A stretch of 64,000 bases of DNA from Octopus sinensis (GCF_006345805.1 NC_043009.1:32860001-32924000); one strand, 5' to 3'; shown: positions 1-14,279, counted from the stretch's first letter. Numbers and translations: made by a program. The notes: generated from the letters alone by a model not told the origin.

Positions 1-15
1 CTTCTGTATATATAT

Positions 16-74
<59 letters not shown>

Positions 75-673
75 CATACATACATATATCTGTATGTATG
101 TAAATATGTATGTATGTACGTATGTATGTGTGTATGTATAAAACGATGTTTACTGGCATCTTTTTCTGTTTCAAATATATATAAGAATTTATAAATATGT
201 TTATGCCTATAGATGTATGAATACGCGTGTGCACGTTTAGAGTGAGAAAGAATAAGAGGGTTGGAGTGAGTGAGAGGAATAAAAATCGAGAGGTCATAGT
301 CACATAGATATACCTTTGTTCATTGAAGTCTTTTATGTTACTATAAACGGAACGCCTCTCTAACCAGACAACAAATCTTCACCAAACATCTTTTCTAAAA
401 TATATTTATAATTCCAAAATATTCTTCTTCTGAAATATCTTATACTTAGGATCATAAATTATTTTGTGTTTCAACTATGATAATCTATTTCGTGCAACGC
501 TCTTACCAAGCCAACAGTTATTTCCTTTCAAAGCTTTGTCAATGTAATAAGCTGGCATCAATACATTCTTTAATTGCTAGATTTTACGGAGTAGCTTTGT
601 CTATACTCAGAAACCTGTTTTTCGTGGTTAGAGAGATTACGCTAATTATGAACTTAATTTTACATACTTCATA

Positions 674-1068
674 TTCTCTACTCTAGGCACAAGGCCCGAA
701 ATTTGGAGGGAAGGGGCCAGTCGATTAGATCGGTCCTAGTACGCAACTGGTACTTTATTTATTGACCCCGAAAGGATGAAAGGCAAAGTCGACCTCCGAT
801 GAATTTGAACTCCGAATGTAAAGACAGACGAAATACCTATTTCTTTTCTACCCTCAAGGGGCTAAACACAAACGGGACAAACAAGGACAGACAAATGGAT
901 TAGGTCGATTACATCGACCCCACTGCGTAACTGGTGCTTGATTTATCGACCCCAAATGGATGAAAGGCAAAGTCGACCTCGGCGGAATTTGAACTCAGAA
1001 TGTAACGGCAGACGAAATACGGCTATGCATTTCGCCCGGCGTGCTAACGTTTCTGCCAGCTCGCCGCC
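674..1068 (-). mobile_element. Dimeric tRNA-derived SINE (octopus-type, Nin/Deu-like central domain)
   Basis: Minus strand starts GGCGGCGAGCTGGCAGAAACGTTAGCACG with B-box-like GAGTTCAAATTCC. The central GGTCGACTTTGCCTTTCATCC...GGGGTC block occurs twice (~720-838 and ~900-1020). Confidence 0.85.
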
Positions 1069-1502
1069 TTATTTGACATACTTAATGATACACAAATGAT
1101 GGGCCTGTGATGAACATTTATTGTTTTACCATGCTTTCGCTAAACCTCATGTTCATAACGAAGCGCATAATTTCTTCAGAGTATATAAATGTTAACGGTA
1201 GTTTTTACCTTAAAGCTCTCCTGTCATTCTACATGTAGACAGTGGTTTTGTGAGTAACAGTTATTTGAACGCAGTAATACACACCATTATACGTCTTCTC
1301 CCGCATCCTGTCTCCGCCTCTTTATATCGACGATAAAATCAGGCGTTGTTAGCAAGGATTTATGTTTAAATACTTTATCATTTTATTGATTTTTTATTCT
1401 ATGTCCATTCCGTTATGGTTGCAAAGATATTGTTTACCGCCCCCTCTCTCTCTCTCCGCATCTGTTTATTTATCTATTTCTTTTTCTTTACTGTATATTC
1501 AA

Positions 1503-1542
<40 letters not shown>

Positions 1543-2733
1543 GGTATAAAGGTGGTATATATACATATACATATGTACTTATATACATATATATATATAT
1601 ATATACACGTGTGTATACATATATATATGTGTGTATGTATACATACGTGTATGTGTGTGTGTGTGTGTGTGTTTGTGCATGTATGTATTCTGCAAGCCGT
1701 CTTGAAAGTGAGGAAAATATAGCCGTAGTACAATGTTAATGCAAATACTACTTCACATTAGACGTTTGAAGTTTCCTTCTCTTCATATAGATAGGCGATC
1801 GTTGGAAATAATCTGCAGTTCAGTGTTTAGTGATAGTTACGGATTTAGAGATAGAAATGTAAGACGTATGATGTGAAGCCGTACTTTTCAAATATGGCGA
1901 AACATCTTGACGGTAGAGAGACAAATATTTTAGACTGTCACTGTAATAGTGTCGGTTAATGTATCAATGACGATGATGATTATATGTGAAAGATTTTCTC
2001 AGTCTAAAACGTTTTCAAATCAACTGAATGATTTGTTTTTGATTGCAGTCTGTAGTATGCAAATGTATAACTATATTATTTGTACTTTTCTATATATACA
2101 CTTGATATCATATTCCAACGGTGTATTGGCGGTTTGTATTTAAGACCCTTCTCTTATATTTCATATTATGTATTCTATACTATGTATACTTTTATATGTT
2201 ATGATATCTACTCTATCACCCGTTGTCTACTTTGACAGCATCAAAAATTTAAATGATATCTTACATGGAAGTAACAGCTGTTATTTAATAATAAACGTAA
2301 TATTACACAACATACACAAGCATATATTCTGGGCAGCCTTACTTCTTATGTATCCGAAAGAAGTAGGTTTCTGAAGAATAGTTTAGTGTATTTAATTAAA
2401 TAATAGGTAGCGTCTACTTTCAAAAAATCCCCTGTTTTTTTTATTAAAATTCAATTTGGTAATTTCTAACGCTTCTCCTCGTATTTATTGTCTTGTGATA
2501 ACACAAATCTTTAGAAGATAATTGGTGTGCGTGGTGGTATGTTTCAGATGATTGCTTCACAGTAGTATGAGGTTCAATCTCAGTCTATGGCAGCAGAAGA
2601 ACGTGAATTCTACAAAGTTGATGAAAACTTTGTAAGTGAAGTATGAGGAGAAACAGTGTGCAGCGCCGTCAGAGGGTATTGTTGGTGTTTTGTGAGATTT
2701 AAACTGTCCTCCAAACGATGAAATTTCGCACGG

Positions 2734-2797
<64 letters not shown>

Positions 2798-3439
2798 TCC
2801 CTTGTCATATTCTTTCATATCTTCTGGGTATGACCTCAAATTCGTGAAGGAAAAAAATTGATTTTCATCATTTTCAATTTCCTAAATTTAAAACCTCGAA
2901 AGAAATATCTCCTGAATTCTACTTTTTAAGTTACCACTGGCTACATTGCTTCTCTAGTATGGAGCTGTGAATGCTTGGCAATATATCAGAGGCCATGTAC
3001 TGAAACTTGATCTCCCATAGCACAGTGTTATAATTCCGTGAAAGGAACTGGCTGCAAATAAGACGTTCTGAACAAATGGCAAAGATGGTGTCTCAACAAT
3101 TGAGTGTTTCTCTTAGCATTACACACTTCGACACGGTACCCAAGTGACTTTGATCAAGAGATTATAGATCGCGGAAGCCATGGAAGTGGATGTTGCACCA
3201 TACGAGGATAGTTTCTTCTAAATCAATTTCACATGGACATTTGGTTGCTTTTCATATCCCACGTATCTCCTTTTATATTGCTTAACCCTTTTTTCAGTAA
3301 GAAAAACGAGACACGAGGAATTAACAGTTACTGAAGAGGTCACAGAATGTGTGACGAAAGAGCTTTCACAAAGGAACAAAAATAATAATATCAAAACAAG
3401 ATCATTGATCAAATCACTTCCCAGACAAAATTCCAAAAG

Positions 3440-3960
3440 TCCCACTGAAAATAAATAAGTTTGAGTTGTATTCCTGGTTTCGTAAATCCCTGTTCTCATA
3501 TATTTATAGATGCTGTTTCCATAAATGTTTCAAACTTTCTAACATTGCTTATGGACTAAATAGGGTGACATCAAATTTAGATGGTTTTTTTAAAGATTGA
3601 CGTGTGCTACTTATGTCTAAAGCGTTGTACTTGAACTATAAAAGGATGATTCTGTTGCTGTATTGTCGCCCTTGTTCAGTTTAAGGATTAAGTTTTGTAT
3701 GAAGTCCTATGGAATATCCCTACCATCTCAGATGAATTTAATAGAAATTTGTAATCGAATTAACGTAGCCAAAACGCACAGGAGTTCCACCATTAGTGCC
3801 ATTTTATAGGCACTGGACCGCTTAATATTGATATTCTTAAGTAAAAATTCAAATTTAACATGAATCGATTGTGTTGGCTTACCCCCATTTGACAATACAG
3901 TAACCAGCAATATCTTGGAGAATATTAGTAAAATAGTTCAGTTATGCAAGATAAAAACCG
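3440..3960 (-). pseudogene. Heavily decayed Penelope-like reverse transcriptase fragment
   Basis: Frameshifted minus-strand pieces fall in the expected order: FTNILQD (cf. LYTNIPHD), EFLLKN, NGTNGGT..ATL (cf. GTAMGT..YATL), RTGIYETRNTTQTYLFS (cf. TDIYYKPTD..QYL). Motifs compared from memory. Confidence 0.45.
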
Positions 3961-4656
3961 AATTTGAAGAAATCAATGCTAACCAAATTATCTTGATGCT
4001 GCGTGTTTGTTTGTTTCATAATTCCCCAATCTGAAGTGAAATGAAGCTGTCCAGACCGGGCTGTGATTGATGGTCTTCAATATCTCAGGGGTATAATTAT
4101 TATAAGGCCATTTCAGCAAACGTGAATTAAGTAATTCATGAAATATCGATGTTGTCTTAGACAACTAAATAGAGTGCAACTAATAACAATAATAATGTTA
4201 TTATACTTTCTGATGAAAATTCCAGGCTACACAAATGGCTGACCCGAATCGAAGACACAGAGCATTCCTGATGATGATGTTCAATATAATTAAGTCTGAC
4301 GAGGGATCTGAGTCGATAACCTTTAATTAACTCGAATTCTCTCTTTAATTTTTAGAATTAAAAAGGGAATATTTGCAGAATGATTAGGATAAATTAATGT
4401 ATGAGATATTTTGTATAAATTTCATCCTTATTTCTTGATATAAAAAGAATAGTGTTCTGACCATTCAAAGGAGACTTTTATATTCCCGATGATGATCCTA
4501 CTTGAGATACGTAAAGCGACTTTACGGTTCTTTACTTCCACCGAAGACGAACGAAATTAAATAAAAGCAAGACATTATTTACTCAATACAAACGACAAAT
4601 AAGGCAATCTTTACATAAATATAACAGCTTATGACAAAGTTGGTGATACTTTGTTG

Positions 4657-5119
4657 CAGAGCCTTCGCTAAGCCCCTGCAACACCTGCGGTCGCAGGGGA
4701 GCCTCCACATTTGAGTGGCCCCATGTTAAAATCAAAGAACGTAGATGGCTCATGTATTTACTTTGGTTAAGCTGTTGAACAAGAATTAAACTATGTTAAC
4801 TGAAAATTTCAAGAAATAAAATGGCTATACATTGTACCTGCAAAAGTTCTTCTAAAAATATATTACATAGTACCACGAACGTTCCTACCTAAATAGGCTT
4901 TGCATACTCTGATCCTCATCTAGAAGTTTTACTAAATAAAATTTGTAATAGGCTTAAATATATTTAACTTGTACTTTTGAAGATGTTCTTTAGTATAACG
5001 TGAAATATTGAACTTCATACCTATGAATTAAAGGTGCGTAGATTATGAATTTTGATTGAAGGAATGGGGCCACGAAACAAAATGTTGCAGGGGGCCACTA
5101 AAAGTCACGAGATGCGCTG
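4657..5119. mobile_element. Non-autonomous hAT-type DNA transposon (MITE), 463 bp
   Basis: Perfect 8-bp TSD CTTTGTTG at 4649-4656 and 5120-5127. Ends are CAGAGC...GCGCTG (imperfect TIR) with GC-rich GGCCCC/GGGGCC subterminal blocks. Confidence 0.75.
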
Positions 5120-5881
5120 CTTTGTTGGTCAATCTTGAAAGAGGCAAGCTTAAAATTTCTGATACTCCAGTCTGCAGTATTCTGTAACTTATTTTCATAC
5201 GTTGAATCATACTATATAATAACCGCTTCAATTTTTATGATGGCAAACTTCTTTTCTAAAGATTATACAAGTATGAATTGAAAGACACTTACTGTGACTT
5301 CCAACTGGTCGAGTAACTACAAAGAGTCTTCTCCGTTTATAGAAATATTCTCAGGAATGGTTTCACGCATGGTCTTACGATTTGTTACATCATAAACATT
5401 ACTCCGGAGTAAATATGAGACCAAGAATGCGATCTATTTTCACAAAATAGGAATGTTTTAAGATGGTCATTAAACAGGTAAGTCAAACATGGCTATGATG
5501 TCACTTTCGACGTTGAGATGGATAATATGAATCCAGTTTCAAAAATGCATCTATGTGAATGCGCGCGCATGTGCACTGATGTGTATGTGTATATGAGTGA
5601 ACATGTTTCATAATGCGGAACGTTAGCATTTATATATATACCTGTTACTGAGCGTATGCGAACTTAACATCTACATAAACACATACAACACACACACACA
5701 TACAAGCGCACAGAAAGAGATAGAGAAACCAAGAGATTAATATATATTATATACAAACATTAATAAACACACAAAGCTATATATCATACATAAATATTTC
5801 CGTGAGGCAATGTGAGTGTGTGTATGTTTGTATGCGCCCGTGTGTGAATGTGTACCTATGCAGGCATATACATACATAGAT

Positions 5882-5928
<47 letters not shown>

Positions 5929-6840
5929 CACATATATATATATACATACACACACATACATACATACATGCATAGATAGATATGTTAGTATGCATTGTAA
6001 ATGCTAATATCAGTGTGATGCGTGTAAGTGTACCTGAGTGTGTATGTGTGTGCGCGTGTGCGTGTGCGTGCGTGTGTGTGTGTGCGCGCGTGCCTGTTGA
6101 TACGTGACAGAGTGTCTTTTTTTACCTGTTAGATTTTTTCGTTCTCAACACAATACAAGAATTACATTTTCAGATTTATTTATGAACGAATCAGCTTTGG
6201 GATAATGGATCTGAAAATAGATATGTATATTAAGATATGTACTTAACCATAACTTGAGTGGTAATTGTCTTTCAAATATGTTTTTTTTTTTGTAGTTTGT
6301 ACAGACGAAACACAAAGATATACTTTGTTTTTGCCTTGCAAAAGCAACGTAATATCGCCCGGAGCTTTTTTAATTTAAATCATGAAACAGTTGTGATTCT
6401 CGTTTTGTTTCGCTCTAAAAACTGGGCGGCAGATAATCCTTTACAATTTAACAATCCGTTACGATGAAGATAAAGAAATTGCGGAGTTAGAACATACCAT
6501 TCTGCAGCATAGATAAATAAATAAGAAAAAACACAACATTGCATAGAGAAATTAGAAGAAAAATTGAATCTCTGTATTTTAATAACGTATCAATAGATTT
6601 CCTAATAGCATGCACACTTAAAGAAAGATATGAGTTTACGCAGCAGCACAAACAATAAGCAACTCAGACATAACACGAGAATAAACAACACTAACACTTA
6701 TAACAAAGGAAATTATACATATTTACATATTTACATACATATATTTATATGTATATGTGTGCCTGTGTATTCATATGTATACGCATATATATATATAGGT
6801 GTGTGTGTGTGTGTATCTGTGTGTGTCTATATATACATTA

Positions 6841-6885
<45 letters not shown>

Positions 6886-6905
6886 TATATGTGTGTGTGT
6901 ATATG

Positions 6906-6941
<36 letters not shown>

Positions 6942-7021
6942 TATGTATATGCAGTGACGTATTCCAGTCACAACTATAGAGATACTGATACCCCTATATA
7001 AGCGTGACTGTGGGTGTTTAC

Positions 7022-7089
<68 letters not shown>

Positions 7090-7157
7090 GTATATATATA
7101 TAAATATACATATATATATACATATAGACATATATGTATGAATATATATATATATAT

Positions 7158-7216
<59 letters not shown>

Positions 7217-7419
7217 GTAGATTTATGTATATACGTCTGCATCTATAAACTTTCAGAAAACACAGAATGCATGCATCCTTTGAAATAATGCGGATGTAGT
7301 TTCTCATACAAAAACACGATCTTGGTGTCTTCAGGCTGTGTATAATGAGGTGTGGGAATACGTGGATGCTCATTATACACCTACACGCACATACATACAT
7401 GTATACGTACATACATACA

Positions 7420-7452
<33 letters not shown>

Positions 7453-7551
7453 TCCCCCATCATGCACACAGTCACACATGTAATATGTCTATACGCATAA
7501 ATCTAAATATGTATATATATATATATATAGATATATATATATATATATGTA

Positions 7552-7614
<63 letters not shown>

Positions 7615-7621
7615 ATATATA

Positions 7622-7652
<31 letters not shown>

Positions 7653-7984
7653 ATATATATATATATATAATATATATATACATTCATGCATACTGACATA
7701 TATATATATATATATAATCACCCGATTTTGCGATGAGAATTCAACTGTTTGATCAACATATTAATTGCTTCCCCTTGAATAAACGCTCAAGAGATTGAGC
7801 ATCCCGAAAGCCCGTGTATCTTTTACGTTATTCGTAGACAGATCCTGCTTGATAGAGAGATAACTGTGATCTCTTGAATGAAAAGCACAATCCATTCCGA
7901 GAGTCCTTCGTACACTTTTCGTTTACAAAAATTTTAGACACGATTTGTGGGTTGACCCTAGTCAACAGTTTGACTAGGATGTTG

Positions 7985-8160
7985 TGTTCATTGAGACCGT
8001 TGTGCATTGAAACTGTCATTCCTTGTGACCTTTGTACATGGAAAGTGTTCTATTTTCACATCATTCTTCATTGTGACACCCATTCATTAAGACTGTTGTT
8101 CATTAACATTTTTGCTCATTAAGATTGTTCTTAATTGAAGACCCTGCTCATGAAGATTGC
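7985..8160. repeat. Degenerate 16-bp minisatellite, 11 units, consensus ~TGTTCATTGAGACTGT
   Basis: Units such as TGTTCATTGAGACCGT, TGTGCATTGAAACTGT, CATTCATTAAGACTGT, TGCTCATTAAGATTGT and TGCTCATGAAGATTGC tile at a 16-nt period. Confidence 0.75.
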
Positions 8161-9081
8161 AGTACATTGCCCGTGGTACCATAATGTAAACACACGCTGT
8201 TGGATATAAGCCATAGTTACCCCGTTGCATAACAAAATGAACTACACATCCGTATCTTTACCCATGCTCAACCCGAATCAATGTTCTGAAGCGCTACATC
8301 AATATGAACTGCTTACTCTGCGTTCTCATATTAAGTACAGAAAACCAGTCTCAGTAAATCTCAGTAAGTTGTAAGTTGTAATGTTATTATGGAACATAGG
8401 AGTTAGATCAAGGAAAATTTCCTAAAAAGTTTTTGATAGCATGCGGTTTCAAAACCCTATTAGAGAGTAATTTAAACTAAGAATTCTCTTTGGAAAAGAC
8501 TACAAGTTTATACACACAGTCGTCACTTCTTTTCATACATGACTGTTTTAATGCCAAATGTAGAGCAGATTGAGTTAAGAAGCATATAAAATGATTGTAC
8601 AACAGTACATTATACGGCCATTACGAATTATACGATGTATTTTAGGCTGAATATGACGTGAAGTAGGAATAAAAATAGGTGAACACAGATCAGTTGATTG
8701 TCCACTTCACTTCTAGATTTTGCTAAACAATTTGGAAAAAATATTCTGTCTTCATCTTCCTATATAGTCAAATACCAAATCATAACAGAAGTACTTATAT
8801 ACGATAAGGTATTGCCATTCGGTAGTTTCAAACCTAGTACCATTCATGTGCAGCGATAGTGCAACATTTAATAAGATATATTACTATATGTGCCTGAGCG
8901 TTGTGTTATTTTAATGGCGGGCAATATACTTATATCGGTTCACATGCATACACACACACATGCACATTTAGACATGAGCATTTACATATATTAAATATAC
9001 GTACATATGTATACATCAATAGATATACAAGCACACATACTCACACACACGCACACAATATATATCCAATCATGTGCCGAT

Positions 9082-9499
9082 AGGAGATAATCTCTCAAGG
9101 TTAATAACGCAGTTTTCGGTGTCGCAACAAGACATCCACGTTAAGTTGGTTACAAAGATTACACTTTGGTGTTATTACCTTTTCAGTCGTTAAGAATTAA
9201 TGTTTAAAATACCTGTTGACTATTTGGGACAGCAGTATCTGAAAAGATGCTGATATTCTACGTGTCATAACAGCGAGATTTGCCTGGAGTGCACTGACAG
9301 AGCGTCTCTCACCAATGAGGACCAGTAGATTGAAATTACGTGATATGGGAGTTCTGGTGCCCATGACAGACGATTACCGTTTGCTACGATCTATGTGTGT
9401 ACTTTTATGCATTAAGCAACTGTATGAGCAGATCTTTCTAGGCTAATAACGCTAATTCAGTGTAATAATCAGACATCCACGTCAAGTTGGGTATGAAGA
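9082..9499 (+). mobile_element. Retrozyme-like ~340 bp unit with degenerate terminal direct repeats and an internal HHR
   Basis: ~75 bp direct repeats at 9082-9158 and 9424-9499 share TAATAACGC...AGACATCCACGTYAAGTTGG. An HHR fold lies at 9306-9351. Confidence 0.55.
9306..9351 (+). ncRNA. Decayed type I hammerhead ribozyme
   Basis: CUCUCA-CCAAUGA-G-GACC(AGUA)GAUU-GAAA-UUACGUGA-UA^-UGGGAG. Stem I pairs 6/6 (one G-U) and extends via CAGAG/UUCUG and GCAC/GUGC. The core carries U4C and G5A. Confidence 0.55.
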
Positions 9500-10522
9500 G
9501 TTCAAGAAACCTGACACCTCTTTATTTCACTTAATAAAGATGATGAATGTGTGGGTACAGGATTCTGTTGCAACTATAAGTTATTACGACCAATCCCTCT
9601 AACTTGCATCTTCGCAATGCTTCTTATGCTATAGCCTCAGGTTAAACAATGATTTCTAAGTAAATTTTGGTGGGAAGAAAAAAACGGAAGCTGCCAAACA
9701 TACAAGTAGACAAACACACAGGACAAACATAAGCACATACATACGTGTATATACGTAAATTTGTGGCAAGAGAAAATCCTCAACTTGTAACCACCAGGAT
9801 CACATTCATCATTACAATTATCAGCTTCATCCCAACTGGGATTGTCGTCGTCGTCGCCGTTGTCATCTTTATCATCATCATGTTGGTCGTTGTCGTCCTC
9901 ATCATCACCCTTATCATCATCATTACCATCATGATCACCATGATTCTCATGTCCACACCGACATCCGCATTGTTTCACTCATCAGATTCGAGACCGACTT
10001 CACCTTACTACAATCATTATCCTCACGGTCACCATCTTTAAGTAAACCCCTCGCAACCGTCGTTATTATCAACTCTGTTATCCAAACTATATTCGTCGTT
10101 GTCATCATCACCATATCTCACCAAGTATTTCCACATTAACAGCATCACATGGTAATTCATTATCACTCTCATCTTAATGAACCTTTTTCAATTCACTAAC
10201 CTTTCTTCCTTACTGCATGTCTATCTCACTCGGCCATTAACTTTGTAATGTACTTCTTCTTAACTAACTTCTGTGTGGTTTCGGCTCAGATGAAATATAT
10301 ATATATATATATATATATATATTACAGGCATATATGTATACATATATATTTACACAAAAACACACGCATATATATATATATATATTATATATATATAATA
10401 TATATATTATATATATATATATATAAGTTAATCCAAACAAGAAACCACAGAAAAAAAAACACAGCAACGCAGGATGTGGAACAATTAAAGTATTATTGAC
10501 GCTCAGGAAAGAAGGGAAGGAG

Positions 10523-10560
10523 GATGTAACGTTTCGAGCGGAGCTCTTCGTCGGAAACAA
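10523..10560 (-). ncRNA. Minimal PLE-type hammerhead motif (stem I damaged)
   Basis: GUUU-CCGACGA-A-GAGC(UCC)GCUC-GAAA-CGUU-ACAUC, with palindromic AACGUU at stem III. It lies in a ~200 bp fragment between (TA)n tracts. Confidence 0.5.
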
Positions 10561-10659
10561 GGAGAAGGAAAGATCCCAAGGAGGGAAGACAGAGGAGAAA
10601 ATATTTGAGCTGGTGGTGCTCAAGAGATCACATGTTGAAAGACATATATATATATCCTA

Positions 10660-10990
10660 CTGCGTCGCACCTTGCGCAAGTGTGTTCTACTATAGCATAC
10701 GGAAACTGAAAGAAGCCAATCGTATATGTACTTATATATATATATATATAAATGTATGTGTGTATGTGTGTGTGTATCTGTGTTTCTATTCGTCCCCAGA
10801 TCACCGCTTGACAACCAGGGTTGGTATGATTACGTCCCTGTAACTTGGCAGTTCACCAAAGAACCGATAGAATAAATACTTGTCTTAAGAAATAAGTCCT
10901 GGTGTCGTTTTGTTCGACTAAAAGCCTTCAAGGCAATGCTACAGCATGACCGCAGTCAAATGACTGAAACAAGTAAAAGAAGTAAAAGTT
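10660..10990 (+). mobile_element. 5'-truncated copy of the microsatellite-containing SINE family seen at 31684
   Basis: Shares GGAAACTGAAAGAAGCC, CCGATAGAATAA and GCAGTCAAATGACTGAAACAAGTAAAAGA with copies at 31684 and 56138. Confidence 0.8.
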
Positions 10991-12729
10991 GAGCTTCGAC
11001 ACAACATCCGTTTCTCAATTTCTACTCACAAAGCATGGGTAATCAATCACGAACTAAAGTAGAAAACATTTGGCCAAGTTGACCAGAGGTAGGTCGACCA
11101 CTTAACGTCACATGTCTAGATGAGCCAGCATGGTTCTTCCCTATTATGAAGAACAATCAATAACGTGTTGTGCAATTTTCTATGTTGCGTAACACCTTCT
11201 TCCATTCGATATCTGAACGAACCGGTCCTTTTACTAGGCGACATACGACTAGACTTTTCTTGTAATTTCAGACCTTACGTTGAATGATTGTGATTCCGTC
11301 AGCTTGACACAAAATTAACCGACACAAAATGTTACACAAATCGTGTTTTAGTTGAAGTCAGGTTTAGTTACGAAATTTCAAATTCAATTATCTACACTCT
11401 ACGTTCTGTTTTGAGTAATATTTCTTCCGTTTGTTACAATTATCGGATATCTTTATATACGTATATTCAGGAAATCCTGTGTACACATGTTTCTAGATAT
11501 ACATTATAAAGAATGATTTTGGTTGATATAAATGCTTTATCTTACTGACTTTATAGGAAACCGTCTTTATTCTACTAAAATTATTTGGTCACCCAGTGGT
11601 TCAATATCATAATAGAAAAGTTTCTAAGTAACTAATCTAATATGCACACATATACATAAATTCATACACACTTATGTAAATATATATCGTGTATACATAC
11701 ACACCCCCACATACATAGATACATCCGTGTTTGTGTGTATGTGTGAGTGCGCATATGTCCGTGTTTGTGTACATGTGTGTTTATATTATGTGCGTTTCAG
11801 TGTATGCATATATTTATATATTTAATATTTGAAACTGCGTATATATATTTTTCTTTGTTTTCTCTGTTTTTACGTGCAAGTGAATATAGGTATATAATCT
11901 TAAAGATGATATAAATCTAGCAGCGGCATTAAAAATAAAATATAATGTAAAAACGAAAACTAAGATATCAACAAAAAAAAATTAGATAAGTTATGAAACC
12001 ACTTAGATCATGAATAGTATTTTTTTCTAAATGCATTCTTTCATGAAATAATAAAATATATTAATATTTTTTTATGTATGTTTTCATGCTATATCTATGA
12101 TTATGCTTCTGTTTTTTCATATTTCGTCAAGAAATTGTTTTTTGAGAAAATTATTGTTGGTGGAATCGTCAAATCCAACGAGCTTCAACTAGTTCCGTGT
12201 TCTATCCACTGCTATTGTTTTTCTGGTTGTTGTTTGATGTTCACCTTTAACCCCAAGATAGAAATAATCTTGCCGGTTTAACATGAAATTCATACCTTTC
12301 AGAACCACGTCGACAATTTCCAGACACAATCTTCAAACGTTAGACACCTACAAATATGTTTATCTTAAATAGAACATTTACGATTTTAGTAAAATACACA
12401 TTATCACTAGAAACAAAAGAGAAGCACCAGGTGGAATTTACCGTGAGAATGTCTTACATTGGAATCTATTACACCCCAAAATAAACAACAGGAGTTCTTT
12501 TGGGAGATCTCTTAAAATGAATGGCATATTTCTTCTGTGCATATATTTTAAAACCTTACATTGTATAGTAAATGGGTATACTAGACATCCCAAACTTCTC
12601 TCTTCGACTCTAATAAACGAAATTTCATTATGGGACAGTTAGCGGATATAGAAAAATAGTTTTCTTATATTCACACACAATAGGCTCAGAAAAACAGTCA
12701 CACACACACACCGCCAACTTGTACGCCAT

Positions 12730-12990
12730 ACCTTCAGTTAATGCTCTTTTGATAGTTGGCATTTGGTGAATGAGGGAGTTTGATGTTGCTGCTATCATTC
12801 CCATTTCCTGACGCGAAGTTGTCTCATCTGAGATCTTGACACGTAGAGGTCCAGTTTAGTTATAAAGACGTTTACATCCACACCATGTAGGACTTCGAGA
12901 TTTATTGAGGAGCTCTAGGCCCTTGAATCCCATGCTGTTGCAGTACCTAGTAATGTGTTTTCACATGTATCTAGTGCTTCTCTTTTGTTT
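12730..12990 (-). mobile_element. Old R4/Dong-type LINE 3' end fragment
   Basis: Minus strand ACATTACTAGGTACTGCA = TLLGTA, the same C-terminal motif as at ~46280, followed by UTR-like sequence. Confidence 0.35.
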
Positions 12991-13973
12991 CTAGTGATAA
13001 TGTGTATTTTACTAAAATCGTAAATGTTCTATTTAAGATAAACATATTTGTAGGTGTCTAACGTTTGAAGATTGTGTCTGGAAATTGTCGACGTGGTTCT
13101 GAAAGGCATGAATGTCATGTTAAACCGGCAAGATTATTTATATCTTGGGGTTAAAGGAGAGCATCAAACAACATGTTTATCTATGTATTCATCAATCTAT
13201 TACTCTCCCTCTCTCTCTCTCTCTCTATCTATATATATATATATATATATGCACACACACACACACACACAAACACACACGATAATATATATATATATAT
13301 ATTAGCGATAATTATAACGATATAGCACTTGGAGACTTGTTCATCCACAACATTTATTTTCTCTTATTTCACAATTTTATACACCATATTATTATGGTTT
13401 TTATGAACTACACATGTCTCCACTACACAGATGCGGCTTCAGTGTCTATCCATCTGCCTAGTTTCCAAACGAATTACGGTATCCAAATGTATATATTCAG
13501 AGTGCGATGGGGAAATTGTCGCTATTTTTATATGTTTTATATCGCGCATGCGTATTCTTTTTTCTGATTTTGCCGACTACATAGTATAGTAGGGTAACGT
13601 ATGTATGTATGTATATATATATATATTATATATATATATATATATATATGCGTGTATGGAAATATATGTATATGTATCCCCAAGAGAACTGAATTCAGCA
13701 CTTTTTCGGTTTGAATGAAATTCACGCGAATGTGCAGCCACTCAGGTCAGTTTGAAAATTATACAAAACAACTGATTTATTGCCCTGACATAAAGTATGA
13801 TAGGATGGTGACTTATATAAAATAATTCATTTAAGGAATACCCACCACAAACCTATATATACACATATATATATATATTTGTATGTATGTATGTATGAGC
13901 GTGTACGTGTGTATGTATATGTAAGTATGTACATGTTTGTAAATATTTTTATTTGTATGCATATATTAATTTA

Positions 13974-14279
13974 TGTTGTTTGTTCCTACTGCAGCCACGC
14001 CTGGCTCATAGGCCTGGTTTCCCGTTTTCCTCTGAATATAGGATTCCCCACCTGGACGGGACGCCGGTCCGTCGCAGATGGGCTGCAAGATGCAGGAGGA
14101 AAGAGTGAGAGACAGTTGTGGCGAGAGAATCAGTAGAAGTTCGCCATTACCTTTTGCCGGAGCCGCGTGGAGCTTACGTGTTGCGCTCATAAACACACAC
14201 AAATCGCCCGGTCTGAGATTCGAGCCCGCGATCCGTCGACCGGGAGTCCGATGCTCTAACCACTAGGCCATGTGCCTCC
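13974..14279 (-). mobile_element. tRNA-derived SINE with Meta/V-SINE-like 3' domain
   Basis: Head GGAGGCACATGGCCTAGTGGTTAGAGCA with B-box-like GGCTCGAATCT, internal CTGCGACGGACCGGCGTCCCGTCCAGG and a CAA-rich tail. Confidence 0.8.

Noticed and set aside
4287-4329. HHR-like UAAUUAAGU-CUGACGA-GGGAUCUGAGUC-GAUA..UUAAUUA near the PLE RT relic
   Set aside because: Stem II pairs poorly, GAAA is altered and there is no clear stem III/UH. Too decayed to count, though it may be an eighth relic.
7540-7720. Phase slips (TT/AA) inside long (TA)n tracts suggesting a higher-order code
   Set aside because: Irregular, and typical of slippage or long-read consensus errors in TA repeats.
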